Source: Candidatus Eiseniibacteriota bacterium
GTDB lineage: Bacteria > Eisenbacteria > RBG-16-71-46
Direction of reading: 5' to 3'
NCBI GenBank assembly: GCA_963776245.1
Contig: CAVZLN010000006.1
Span: forward strand, 640,001-704,000
DNA length: 64,000 bases
Under the pieces are notes generated by a model. It made no database searches, was not told the DNA's origin, and worked only from the letters and a program-made list of their open reading frames with translations. Positions 51,321 through 60,851 of the stretch are shown here, piece by piece (the first letter of the stretch is position 1; each line of letters opens with the position of its first letter). A program made the position numbers and the translations under genes.

Positions 51321-52435
51321 TCCCCCGCGAGAAGCTCGAGCGGGTGCTCGGCCTGGTGCGCAAGGAGTTCCGCCAGTTGCTGCGCGACGGCCGGATGCGG
51401 CGCATGATCTTCGTGTCGCCGATCATGCAGCTGCTGATCTTCGGCTACGCGGTCTCCACCGACGTGCGGCACACCCGGCTGTTCGTCGTGGACCACGACC
51501 GCACCCAGGAATCGCGCGCGCTGCTCGACGCGCTCACCGCGTCGCGCTACTTCGACGTGGTGGGCGGCTCGAGCCGCGGGGCTGACCTGATGGACGCGCT
51601 CGATCACGGCCGCATCACCGCCGGCATCGAGATCCCCCCCGGCTACGCACGCGACCTGCACGCGCCCGGCGGCGCGTCGGTGCAGTTGCTGGTCGACGGC
51701 ACCAACTCCAACATGGCGACGGTGGCGCTCGGCTACGCCGAGCAGATCGTACGCGCCCACGGCTTCGGCACGCTCGAGCATCGGATCGTCATGCCGGTGG
51801 ACCTGCGCGAGCGCGCGTGGTTCAACCCCGCGCTGGTATCGCGCAACTACAACGTGCCCGGCGTGATCGGCACCATCATGCTGATGATGAGCCTGGTGCT
51901 GACCGCGCTGGCGGTGGTGCGTGAGCGCGAACTGGGCACGCTCGAGCAGTTGATGGTGAGCCCGCTCACGCCCGGCGAGCTGATCGCGGGCAAGACCATC
52001 CCGTTCGCGCTGGTGGCCCTGTTCGACATGGTGATCATCACCGTGATCGCGCTGCTGTGGTTCCAGATCCCGTTCCTCGGGCAGGGGCCGCTGCTGCTGC
52101 TCGCCGCGGTGCTGTTCCTGCTCTCGATGCTGGGCATGGGGCTGCTGATCTCGACCGTCTCGAACACGCAGCAGGAGGCGTTCCTCACCACCTTCCTCGC
52201 CATCATGCCCACCATGATGTTCTCGGGCTTCATGTTCCCGGTGGCCAGCATGCCGAGGCTGTTCCAGGTGATCACCCTGCTGAATCCGCTCCGCCACTAC
52301 CTCGAGATCATCCGCGCCATCTTCCTCAAGGGCTCGGGGCTGGGCGCGCTGTGGCCGCAGTACCTCTACCTCCTGGTGATGGGCGTCGGGGTGCTGTGGT
52401 TCGCCGCCACGCGGTTCCACAAGACCGTGAAGTGA
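51317..52435 (+). CDS. ABC-2 permease (YbhR-like)
   Basis: 'KEFRQLLRD', 'WFNP' and 'RERELGTLEQLMVSP'. Confidence 0.92.
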   Translation: MIPREKLERVLGLVRKEFRQLLRDGRMRRMIFVSPIMQLLIFGYAVSTDVRHTRLFVVDHDRTQESRALLDALTASRYFDVVGGSSRGADLMDALDHGRITAGIEIPPGYARDLHAPGGASVQLLVDGTNSNMATVALGYAEQIVRAHGFGTLEHRIVMPVDLRERAWFNPALVSRNYNVPGVIGTIMLMMSLVLTALAVVRERELGTLEQLMVSPLTPGELIAGKTIPFALVALFDMVIITVIALLWFQIPFLGQGPLLLLAAVLFLLSMLGMGLLISTVSNTQQEAFLTTFLAIMPTMMFSGFMFPVASMPRLFQVITLLNPLRHYLEIIRAIFLKGSGLGALWPQYLYLLVMGVGVLWFAATRFHKTVK

Positions 52436-52581
52436 GGCGGGACGGCGCCTCCGCCGCGCCCGGGGCCTCGCGCCCCGGATCCCGCGCCGGGGTGCGCGTG
52501 CGGAGGTTCCCGTTGCGGCCGCGGCGGGCCGCCCGCTAGAATCCTCCCGCTCACTTGCACCCCCCACGGAGGATCCAAGTC

Positions 52582-53496
52582 ATGAAGCGCCCCCGCTCCC
52601 GGGTGGCCGCGCTCGCAGGCGCCACCGCGGTCAGCCTCGCGCTCGCCGCGCCCACGCCCGCGTTCGCGTGCTCGATGTGCCGCTGCGACGATCCCGCGCA
52701 CACCCTCGCCGGCGAGCCCATGCTGCGCCAGCACTCCTGGCGCATCACCTTCGAGGCCGAGCGCTTCGCCAAGGACCAGGTGTCGGTCGAGGACCCCTCC
52801 CGACGCGAGGGCGAGACCGAGCTGCGCTACACCGCCGGCGCCGCGTGGACGCCGGCGCATCGCGTCACGCTACGCGCGCGCGCGGCAGTCAGCGACCGCA
52901 CGCTCACCGCCGGCGCGGAGCGCACCACGCGCGCCGGGGTCTCGGACCCCGAGCTGTCAGCCAACCTCGAGCTGATGCACACGTCCGGGGCGCACCCGCT
53001 CTGGATCGCGGCGCACGCGGGCGCACGGCTGCCGGCCGGGAGCAATGACCTGGAACTCGGCGGCGTGCGGCTGGAGGAGCACCTGCAGCCGGGCGCGGGC
53101 GCGGCCGGCGGCTTCGCCGGGCTCGGCGCGGTGCAGTCGCTCGGCGAGCACGACGCGCTCTACGCCGGCGTCACCGGCCGCTGGAACGGCACCAACTCGC
53201 ATGGCTATCGCTACGGCGGCGCGCTGGTCGCGCATGCCGGCTGGCAGCACGAGGTCCGGCCGTGGCTCGAGGCCGGGCCCGAGCTCGACTACCGCAGCGC
53301 GCGCCACGATCTGGATGCCGGCGAGCGCGACCCCAACACCGGCGGAGCGGTGCTCTACGTGACGCCGCGCGCCGAGCTGCGCATCAGTGAGCGGCTGGGG
53401 CTCCGGCTCGGAGTCCAGGTGCCGGTGGTCAGCGCGCTGTACGGCGACCAGCACGAGAAGGTGAACGTGCAGACCGGGCTCGTGCTGCGACGCTGA
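52582..53496 (+). CDS. Putative outer-membrane beta-barrel channel (MetA-pathway/'transporter'-like) with N-terminal CxxCxC
   Basis: Signal peptide ending AFA followed by CSMCRC; 'GVSD..L', 'LPAGS', 'LQPG.G', 'YRYG' and 'NTGG..LYVTP'; TTGCGG-N18-TAGAAT upstream. Confidence 0.6.
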   Translation: MKRPRSRVAALAGATAVSLALAAPTPAFACSMCRCDDPAHTLAGEPMLRQHSWRITFEAERFAKDQVSVEDPSRREGETELRYTAGAAWTPAHRVTLRARAAVSDRTLTAGAERTTRAGVSDPELSANLELMHTSGAHPLWIAAHAGARLPAGSNDLELGGVRLEEHLQPGAGAAGGFAGLGAVQSLGEHDALYAGVTGRWNGTNSHGYRYGGALVAHAGWQHEVRPWLEAGPELDYRSARHDLDAGERDPNTGGAVLYVTPRAELRISERLGLRLGVQVPVVSALYGDQHEKVNVQTGLVLRR

Positions 53497-53628
53497 TCGC
53501 CGGCGTGGCCGCGCGGTGACCCACTGCACCGCCCCGGTGCTATCCTGCGCGCGTGCCGCTGCCCGCCGCCGGTCGCCCTCGCCCTGGAGGAAGTCGATGA
53601 TGCCGTCGCCGCCACGGAGGACGACGGC

Positions 53629-55086
53629 ATGACGCCGCGGCGGGTGGACATCCTCGTGGTCGGCGGCGGGATCACCGGGCTCGGGGTGGCGCGGCTGGCA
53701 GCGCGACACGGGCTCACGGTCGCGCTGCTGGAGCGCGGCGACCTGGCCTCGGGCACCAGCAGCGTGTCGAGCCACATGCTGCACGGCGGTCTGCGCTACC
53801 TCGAGCAGGGGCGGATCGGGCTGGTGCGCGAGGCGCTCGCCGAGCGCACCGCGGTCGCGCACATGGCTCCCGGCCTCGCGCATCCGCGCCGGTTCCTCGT
53901 CCCGGTCTATCGCGGCACCCGCTTGCCGCTGTGGCGCCTGCGCGCCGGGCTGGCGCTCTACGACCTGCTGGCCGGTCGCCGCGGCCTCGCGCCGCACACC
54001 ATGGTGCGCGCGCGCGAGGTGCACGCGCTCGAGCCCGCGCTCGAGTCCGCGGATCTCTCGGGCGCCGGGCTCTATTCCGACGTGGTGATGGACGACGCCC
54101 GGCTCGCGGTGCTGGTGGCGCGCGACGCCGCGGCCCACGGGGCCGCCCTCCACACCTACGCCGAGCCGACCGGGGTGCGTCCCGGCGCGGAGGGCACCGT
54201 GACCGTCGAGGCGCGCGACGCGCTCGATGGCACGCGACTGGCGTTCGAGGCGCGTTCGGTGGTGAACGCCACCGGCCCGTGGGCCGACGGCGTGCGCGCG
54301 TTCCTGCTGGCCGGCCTGCGTCCCGGCCCGCCGCCCGCTCCCCTGCTGCGCCCGTCGCGCGGCGTGCACCTGGTGTATCCGCCGCTCACCCACGGCCACG
54401 GGCTGCTGCTGATCGCGCGTCACGACCGACGCGCGCTGTTCGTGGTGCCGCTGCCGGGTCACGCGCTGGTGGGCACCACCGAGATCGAGGTGCCCTCGCC
54501 GCCGCCGCCCGCGGCGTGGGCGCCCGACCCCGCCGAGATCGCCTACCTGCGCGCCGAGCTGGCGCGCGCGCTGCCCGGAGCCGCCGGCCTCGAGCCGCTC
54601 GCCGCCATCTCGGGCGTGCGCCCGTTGCTCGCCGGCTCCGGCGCGGTGGGCACCGCCTCGCGCGAGCACCGGGTGATCGCCGACGGCCCGGTGCTCACCG
54701 TGGCGGGCGGCAAGTACACCACCTTCCGCGTCATGGCGCGGGACGCCGTGAAGCACGTGCTGCGCGTGCTCGGCCGCCCCGCGCACGAGCTGCGCGACCC
54801 GGACGACGCCCTGCCGCCCCCGCCCGCTGCCGGGCTCGCGCTCGAGCACGTGGTGGACTTCGCGCTCGACACCGAGCACGCGCGGCGCGTGGACGACGTG
54901 CTGAGGCGCCGCACCACGCTGTGGCTCGACCCCCCGCGCGCGCGCGCCGCGGCCCCCCGCATCGCCGGACACATGGCGCGACGGCTGGGCTGGAGCGCGG
55001 AGCGCGAGCGCGACGAATTGCAGACCGCCCTCGCCGCCCGCGCGGCCGAAGCGCTCGCGCCCGGGCCCCCGCAGGAGAGACCATGA
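53629..55086 (+). CDS. glpD: FAD-dependent glycerol-3-phosphate dehydrogenase
   Basis: 'VGGGITG', 'SGTSS.SS.MLHGGLRYL', 'DDARL', 'NATGPWAD', 'GVRPL' and 'GGKYTTFR'. Confidence 0.92.
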   Translation: MTPRRVDILVVGGGITGLGVARLAARHGLTVALLERGDLASGTSSVSSHMLHGGLRYLEQGRIGLVREALAERTAVAHMAPGLAHPRRFLVPVYRGTRLPLWRLRAGLALYDLLAGRRGLAPHTMVRAREVHALEPALESADLSGAGLYSDVVMDDARLAVLVARDAAAHGAALHTYAEPTGVRPGAEGTVTVEARDALDGTRLAFEARSVVNATGPWADGVRAFLLAGLRPGPPPAPLLRPSRGVHLVYPPLTHGHGLLLIARHDRRALFVVPLPGHALVGTTEIEVPSPPPPAAWAPDPAEIAYLRAELARALPGAAGLEPLAAISGVRPLLAGSGAVGTASREHRVIADGPVLTVAGGKYTTFRVMARDAVKHVLRVLGRPAHELRDPDDALPPPPAAGLALEHVVDFALDTEHARRVDDVLRRRTTLWLDPPRARAAAPRIAGHMARRLGWSAERERDELQTALAARAAEALAPGPPQERP

Positions 55087-56582
55087 AGCCCTCGCACGTC
55101 CTCGCCATCGACCAGGGCACCACCGGCACCACCGCGCTCGTGCTGTCGCGCCACGCCGACGTGCGCGGGCGCGGCTACGCCGAGCTGCCGCAGCACTACC
55201 CGAAGCCCGGCTGGGTGGAGCACGAGGGCGAGGAGATCTGGGCCAGCGTGCGCGCCGCGGTCGGGCGCGCGCTCCGCGCCGCGCGCCTGCGGCCCGGCGC
55301 CCTCGCGGCGATCGGCATCACCAACCAGCGCGAGACCGTGCTGGTGTGGGACCGGCGCACCGGGCGCCCGGTGGCGCGCGCCATCGTCTGGCAGGACCGT
55401 CGCACCGCCGCGCGCTGCGAGGCGCTGCGACGCGGCGGGCTCGGGCCCGAGGTGCGGCGGCGCACCGGGCTGGTGCTCGACCCGTACTTCTCGGCCTCCA
55501 AGCTGGAGTGGATGTTCCAGCACCACCGCGGGCTCGCGACGCGCGCGCGGCGCGGCGAGCTGGCGTGCGGGACGGTGGACACCTGGCTGCTGTGGAAGCT
55601 CACCGGCGGCGCCGTGCACGCCACCGACTTCACCAACGCCTCGCGCACCCTGCTGTTCGACATCGCGCGCCTGCGCTGGGACGACACGCTGCTCGCGCGC
55701 TTCGGTGTGCCGCGAGCCGTGCTGCCCGAGGCGCGACCGTCGAGCGGGGACTTCGGCGTGACTCGCGGGGTGCCCGGACTGCCCGACGGCATCCCGATCG
55801 CGGGCGTCGCGGGCGACCAGCAGGCGGCGCTGTTCGGCCAGGGGTGCGTCGCCGCCGGGGGCTCGAAGATCACCTACGGCACCGGCTGCTTCCTGCTGTT
55901 CCACACCGGGAGCCAGCGCGTGCGCTCGCGCTCCGGGTTGCTCACCACCGTGGCCTGCGACGCGAGCGGCGGTCCGGCCTACGCGCTCGAGGGCAGCGTG
56001 TTCATCGGCGGCGCCGCGGTCCAGTGGCTGCGCGACGGCCTCGGCGCCATCGCCACCGCGGCCGAGAGCGAGGCGCTGGCCCGCTCGGTGCCCGACAGCG
56101 GCGGCGTGACGCTGGTGCCGGCGTTCGTCGGGCTGGGCGCGCCCCACTGGCGCGCCGACGTGCGCGGCGCGCTGTTCGGACTCACGCGCGGCACCACCCG
56201 CGCCCATCTCGCCCGCGCCACGCTCGAGTCCATCGCGTTCCAGAGCGCCGACCTGGTCGAGGCGATGACGCGCGACGCGCGCGCGCGGCTGCGCACGCTG
56301 CGCGTGGACGGCGGCGCCGCGGCCAACGACCTGCTGATGCAGTACCAGGCCGACCTGCTCGGCATCCCGGTGGAGCGTCCGCGCGTGATCGAGACCACCG
56401 CGCTCGGCGCCGGACTGCTCGCCGGCCTGGGCGTCGGGCTGTGGAGCTCGCACCGCGAGCTCGGCCACGCGCGCCGCGTGGAGCGCGTGTTCCGGCCGCG
56501 CCGCACCGCGGCATGGCGCCGCTCCGAGCAGGCGCGCTGGCGGCAGGCGGTCGCCACGCTGCTGGCGGCGCCGCGCGCGTGA
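55083..56582 (+). CDS. glpK: Glycerol kinase
   Basis: 'AIDQGTT', 'GITNQRET', 'WQDRRT', 'DPYFS', 'GDQQAALFGQ', 'YALEGS' and 'DGGA'. Confidence 0.96.
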   Translation: MKPSHVLAIDQGTTGTTALVLSRHADVRGRGYAELPQHYPKPGWVEHEGEEIWASVRAAVGRALRAARLRPGALAAIGITNQRETVLVWDRRTGRPVARAIVWQDRRTAARCEALRRGGLGPEVRRRTGLVLDPYFSASKLEWMFQHHRGLATRARRGELACGTVDTWLLWKLTGGAVHATDFTNASRTLLFDIARLRWDDTLLARFGVPRAVLPEARPSSGDFGVTRGVPGLPDGIPIAGVAGDQQAALFGQGCVAAGGSKITYGTGCFLLFHTGSQRVRSRSGLLTTVACDASGGPAYALEGSVFIGGAAVQWLRDGLGAIATAAESEALARSVPDSGGVTLVPAFVGLGAPHWRADVRGALFGLTRGTTRAHLARATLESIAFQSADLVEAMTRDARARLRTLRVDGGAAANDLLMQYQADLLGIPVERPRVIETTALGAGLLAGLGVGLWSSHRELGHARRVERVFRPRRTAAWRRSEQARWRQAVATLLAAPRA

Positions 56583-56616
56583 GGCGCGGACCGCTTCACG
56601 GCCGCCCGACCGGCCG

Positions 56617-57597
56617 CTAGAAGCGCACCTGCAGCTGGGCGATCCCGGTGTCGGTGCGCGCCTGCCGGAGCCCGGTGCGGCGCCGCAGACCCTCGACCAG
56701 CAGCCGCACGCGCGCGGGCGCAAGCTCCACGTTGATGCCCACGGCGGTGGCGCGGACCCGCGTCGCGCGGCCGGCCCACGGCCGCTCGAACGCCTCGGTG
56801 CGGCCGAACACCTGCGCTCGCGGGATCACGCGATAGCCACCGAACACCGACCAGCCGCGGTCGTCCCGGTCGTGATCGCGACCGCGCCGGTGCCGGAGGA
56901 TGTACTCCCCGCGCAGCAGGGCGCCGCTCTGCTCGAGGCAGCCGTCGATGCCCCAGCGCAGGCTGTCGGGCCCGTCCCGGGAGAGGCTCGCCCCGAATCC
57001 CATCTGCGCGATGGGTGTGAGGGTCGCGCGGGCGACCGCGATGAGGTTCGAATCGCGGTTCGCCGAGGCGTTCTGCCCCTCGCCATTGAACACCCCCACG
57101 ACCAGGGTCGCGAGCGAGCCCCAGGCGTATTCCGTCTGCACGCCGAGGTCGTACTTCGGCGCCAGTGAGTCCACCACCACCGCGAGGTCCGCGGTCTCGA
57201 GCGCCGGGACCGGGATCAGGTACTCACGGCTGAACGGCGCCTTGAACTGTCCCGCGGTCACCGCCCACGGCGCGGCGCTCCAGCGCACGTAGCCCTCGCG
57301 CAGGCTGGGCGTGGACGGGCTCCTCGCTCCCGCGCTGGCCTCGAGCTCGACCAGCAGTCGATACGAGAAGCGCGCGGGGAGCGCGCCGTCGATGGAGAGG
57401 CGCGCGCGATTGAGCGTCGCGGTGATCCCCACCCGCTCCTGCGCGACCTCGCGCACCTGGATGTAGCCCCCGACCCTGGGCGCGGCGAGAGCGACCGAGG
57501 CCGGCGCCGCGAGACGGGCCGACTCGGTGCTGTCGAACGACGCGGGTCCGGGGCCGACCGCCAGGACCGAGATCATCAGCCCGACGAGAATCGTCAT
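56617..57597 (-). CDS. OprO/OprP-like anion-selective porin
   Basis: 'GGYIQVR', 'RARL...G', 'AGQFK.PFSRE', 'GVFNGEG.N' and C-terminal 'QLQVRF'. Confidence 0.75.
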   Translation of the reverse strand: MTILVGLMISVLAVGPGPASFDSTESARLAAPASVALAAPRVGGYIQVREVAQERVGITATLNRARLSIDGALPARFSYRLLVELEASAGARSPSTPSLREGYVRWSAAPWAVTAGQFKAPFSREYLIPVPALETADLAVVVDSLAPKYDLGVQTEYAWGSLATLVVGVFNGEGQNASANRDSNLIAVARATLTPIAQMGFGASLSRDGPDSLRWGIDGCLEQSGALLRGEYILRHRRGRDHDRDDRGWSVFGGYRVIPRAQVFGRTEAFERPWAGRATRVRATAVGINVELAPARVRLLVEGLRRRTGLRQARTDTGIAQLQVRF

Positions 57598-57636
57598 TGC
57601 CTTCTTCCCCAAGATGTCTGAAAATGCCGGTTGTCA

Positions 57637-57658
57637 GCGCTTAGAGGAATATAAGCGC
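57637..57658. promoter_or_regulatory. Palindromic operator candidate GCGCTTA-N8-TAAGCGC
   Basis: Perfect 7-bp inverted repeat in the A/T-rich gap between the porin and the regulator-modABC operon. Confidence 0.55.
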
Positions 57659-57690
57659 CATCAAAGGCCGATTCAAGCTGGAGGATCCCG

Positions 57691-58086
57691 ATGGACACGT
57701 TGACCGCCGAGCAGGCCGCCCAACTCCTCCACATCCACCCCAAGAGCGTGCAGGCGATGGCGCGCGCGGGCCGCCTGCCGGCCACCCGCGTGGGCCGCAA
57801 GTGGCTCTTCCACCGCGCCGACCTGCAGCGCCTGCTCGGCCGGCCGACGGCGCCGCTCGCCACCGAAGGGCTCGAGTCGCTCAGCGCCCGCAATCAGCTG
57901 CACGCCACGGTGGAGGCCATCCGCGTCGATGGCGTGATGGCCGAGGTGGCGCTGCGCGTCGGCGATCAGGCGCTGATCTCGATCATCACGCGCTCCTCCG
58001 CCGAGCGCCTCGGCCTCGCCATCGGCGACCACGTGTTCGCGGTCTTCAAGTCCACCGAGGTCATGGTGGCCAAGCCGCGGAGCTGA
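57691..58086 (+). CDS. Molybdate-responsive regulator: excisionase-type HTH + TOBE domain
   Basis: 'LTAEQAAQLL.IHPKSV..MAR.GRLPA.RVGRKW' followed by 'SARNQL...ITRSS...LGL..GD.V.A.FKST'. Confidence 0.85.
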   Translation: MDTLTAEQAAQLLHIHPKSVQAMARAGRLPATRVGRKWLFHRADLQRLLGRPTAPLATEGLESLSARNQLHATVEAIRVDGVMAEVALRVGDQALISIITRSSAERLGLAIGDHVFAVFKSTEVMVAKPRS

Positions 58087-58092
58087 GGCCCG

Positions 58093-58896
58093 ATGACGCG
58101 CATCGCGCTGTGCTGGCTCGCCCTCGCGCTCGCCGCGCCCGCGCGCGCGGCGGCGCCCCCGCCGGTCGCCCTCACCGTGTTCGCCGCCGCGTCGCTCTCG
58201 GAGCCGTTCACCGAGCTGGGCGCACGGTTCGAGCGCGCACATCCGGGCATCGTGGTGCGCTTCTCGTTCGCGGGCTCGCAGCAGCTGGCGCTGCAGCTCG
58301 CCCAGGGCGCCGTCGCCGACGTCTTCGCCTCGGCCGACGAGCGCTGGATGCGGGACGCGGTCGCGAACGGCCGCGTGCAGGGCGCGCCGCGGCCGTTCGC
58401 GCGCAACCACCTGGTGGCCATCGTGCCGGCCACCAACCCGGCCCGCCTGCATGGCCTGCCCGACTTCGCGCGCTCCGGCGTGAAGCTGGTGATCGCCGCC
58501 GACGCCGTGCCGGCCGGGCGCTACGCGCGCCGCGCCATCGCGGCGCTCGCGCGCCAGCCGGGATTCCCGGCGGGATACGAGCGCCGCGTGCTCGCCAACG
58601 TGGTGTCCGAGGAGGACAACGTCAAGGCGGTGGCGGGCAAGGTGCGCCTCGGCGAAGCCGACGCGGGCTTCGTCTACCGCTCCGACGTGACCGGCCCGAT
58701 CGCGCGCTTCGTGCGCGTGTTCGATCTGCCGGGCGCGGCGGACGTGATCGCGGCCTACCCGGTGGCGCTGGTCCGCGACGCGCCGCAGCCGGCGGCCGCG
58801 CAGGCGTTCGTCGATCTGCTGTGCTCCCCCGACGGGCAGGTGGTGCTCGAGCGGCACGGCTTCTCGCCGCTGCCATCGTCCCCCGCGACGCCGTGA
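58093..58896 (+). CDS. modA: Molybdate ABC transporter substrate-binding protein
   Basis: 'VFAAASL', 'FAGS..L..Q', 'VPAGRYA' and 'GEADAGFVYRSD'. Confidence 0.93.
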   Translation: MTRIALCWLALALAAPARAAAPPPVALTVFAAASLSEPFTELGARFERAHPGIVVRFSFAGSQQLALQLAQGAVADVFASADERWMRDAVANGRVQGAPRPFARNHLVAIVPATNPARLHGLPDFARSGVKLVIAADAVPAGRYARRAIAALARQPGFPAGYERRVLANVVSEEDNVKAVAGKVRLGEADAGFVYRSDVTGPIARFVRVFDLPGAADVIAAYPVALVRDAPQPAAAQAFVDLLCSPDGQVVLERHGFSPLPSSPATP

Positions 58897-59711
58897 GCGC
58901 GACCCCGGTCCGCGCGCTCGCCGGCGCGCTGCTGCGCGCGGGGGTGGCGCTGGCGCTCGGGCTGGTGCTCGTACTGGTGGCGCTGCCGCTGGTGGCGCTC
59001 GTGCTCCGCGTGGCTCCCGCCACCTTCCTCGCGCGGCTCGGCGAGCCCGCGGTGCTGGAGGCGCTGGCGCTGTCGCTGGTGACCAGCGGGTGCGCGACCG
59101 CGCTGGTGGTGGCGCTGGGTCTGCCGCTCGCCTGGCTGCTGAGCTCGCGCGCGTTCCCCGGCAAGCGCCTGCTCGAGGTGGTGGTGCTGCTGCCCATGGT
59201 GCTGCCGCCCACGGTGGGCGGGTTCGCGCTGCTGATGGCGTTCGGGCGCATGGGGCTCGCCGGGCGCGCGCTCGCGGCGTGCGGGGTGAGCCTGCCGTTC
59301 ACCACGCTCGGCGCGGTGGTGGCCCAGGCCTTCATGGCGGTGCCCTTCTTCGTGGTCGCGGCGCGCGCCGGGTTCGAGGCGGTGGAGCCGCGCTACCGCG
59401 AGGTGGCGGCCACGCTGCGCGCCTCCGAGGCGCGCGCGTTCTTCCAGGTGGTGCTGCCCCTGGCGCGCCCCGCGGTGCTCGCCGGCGTGGCGATGGCCGC
59501 GGCGCGCGCGCTCGGCGAGTTCGGCGCCACCATCACGTTCGCGGGCAACCGCCCCGGCGTCACCCAGACCATGCCGCTGGCGGTGTACGTGCAACTGCAG
59601 AGCGACCTCGACTCGGCGGTGGTGCTGTCGGTCGTCCTGCTCGCGATGTCGTTCGGGCTGTTGCTCGGCCTGCGCGCCGCGCCGCGCGGGCTGTTCGGGG
59701 GGCGCCCGTGA
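58893..59711 (+). CDS. modB: Molybdate ABC transporter permease
   Basis: 'LPMVLPPTVGG.ALL' and 'ARALGEFGATITFAGN.PG.TQTMPLA'. Confidence 0.93.
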   Translation: MSATPVRALAGALLRAGVALALGLVLVLVALPLVALVLRVAPATFLARLGEPAVLEALALSLVTSGCATALVVALGLPLAWLLSSRAFPGKRLLEVVVLLPMVLPPTVGGFALLMAFGRMGLAGRALAACGVSLPFTTLGAVVAQAFMAVPFFVVAARAGFEAVEPRYREVAATLRASEARAFFQVVLPLARPAVLAGVAMAAARALGEFGATITFAGNRPGVTQTMPLAVYVQLQSDLDSAVVLSVVLLAMSFGLLLGLRAAPRGLFGGRP

Positions 59712-60784
59712 GCCTGACCGCGCGTGTGACCCGGCGCCTCGGCTCCCTCGCGCTCGACGTGACGCTCGAGGCTCTCGCCGGCGAGACGCTGGCGCTGGTC
59801 GGCGAGAGCGGCTCGGGCAAGAGCACGACGCTGCGCCTGCTCGCCGGACTGGCGCGACCGGACTCCGGACGCATCGAGCTCGACGGGGAGACCTGGTTCG
59901 ATGCCGAGCGCCGCGTGGATCTCGCGGCGTGGCGGCGCGCGGTGGGCTGGGTGCCACAGGATTGGGCGCTGTTCCCCCACCTCGACGCGCTCGGCAACGC
60001 GGCGTTCGGCCTCCGCGCCCTCGGGCTCCCGGACCGCACGGCGCGGACACGCGCCGGGGCCGCGCTCGAACGACTGGGCGTGGCCGCGCTCGCTGCGCGG
60101 CGCCCGCACGAATTGTCAGGCGGCCAGCAGCAGCGGGTGGCGCTGGCCCGCGCCCTGGTGCTCGAGCCGCGCCTGCTGCTGCTGGACGAACCGCTCTCGG
60201 CGCTCGACGCGCGCACTCGCGAGGCGGTGCGCGGCGAGCTCAAGCGCCTGCTCGCCGGGCTGCCGTGCGTGACGATCTACGTCACCCACAGCGCGGTCGA
60301 GGCGTTCCTGTTCGGCGACCGCGTCGCGGTGCTCGAGGACGGCGCCATCCAGCAGTGCGCGCCGCCCGACGATCTCGCGCGGCACCCGCGCACGGCCACC
60401 GTCGCGGCGCTCACCGGCGTCAACCTGTTCCGCGGGCCGCTGCGGGTGGAGAGCCCCCGGCGGCTGGCGCACCTCGACACCGGCCGCGGCGTGCTCGCGG
60501 TGATCGATCCGGGCGGCGAAGGCGAGGCGTTCGCGGTGGTGGACCCGCGCGAGATCACGCTCTCGCGCGCGGCACCGGCCGGCAGCGCGCAGAACGTGCT
60601 GCGCGCGACCGTGATCGAACTGGTGCCCTCCCCCCCGCTCGGCGAGCGCCTGCGCGTCGCCCTCGACTCGGCACCGCCGCTGGTGGCCGAGATCACCCGC
60701 GAGGCGGCGGACGCGCTGGGCCTGCGCCCCGGGCTCGAGGTGCATGCCGCGTTCAAGGCCACCGGGGTGAAGGTGTTCCGCTAG
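59708..60784 (+). CDS. modC: Molybdate ABC transporter ATP-binding protein with TOBE domain
   Basis: 'GESGSGKST', 'LSGGQQQRVALARAL', 'LLDEPLSALD' and 'SAQN...FKAT'. Confidence 0.9.
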   Translation: MSLTARVTRRLGSLALDVTLEALAGETLALVGESGSGKSTTLRLLAGLARPDSGRIELDGETWFDAERRVDLAAWRRAVGWVPQDWALFPHLDALGNAAFGLRALGLPDRTARTRAGAALERLGVAALAARRPHELSGGQQQRVALARALVLEPRLLLLDEPLSALDARTREAVRGELKRLLAGLPCVTIYVTHSAVEAFLFGDRVAVLEDGAIQQCAPPDDLARHPRTATVAALTGVNLFRGPLRVESPRRLAHLDTGRGVLAVIDPGGEGEAFAVVDPREITLSRAAPAGSAQNVLRATVIELVPSPPLGERLRVALDSAPPLVAEITREAADALGLRPGLEVHAAFKATGVKVFR

Positions 60785-60851
60785 ACCCGCCCGCAGCGGC
60801 CCGGCGTACGCCATCAAGGCCGCTGTCCGGGATGCCGATAACCCCGGCATC

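Noticed and set aside
57598..57690. Moco riboswitch upstream of modABC
   Set aside because: The gap is only 93 bp, shared with a divergent gene, and shows an operator-like palindrome rather than a multi-stem RNA.
57691..58086. Prophage or ICE excisionase
   Set aside because: The HTH is fused to a TOBE domain and heads modABC; no integrase or att site was seen.
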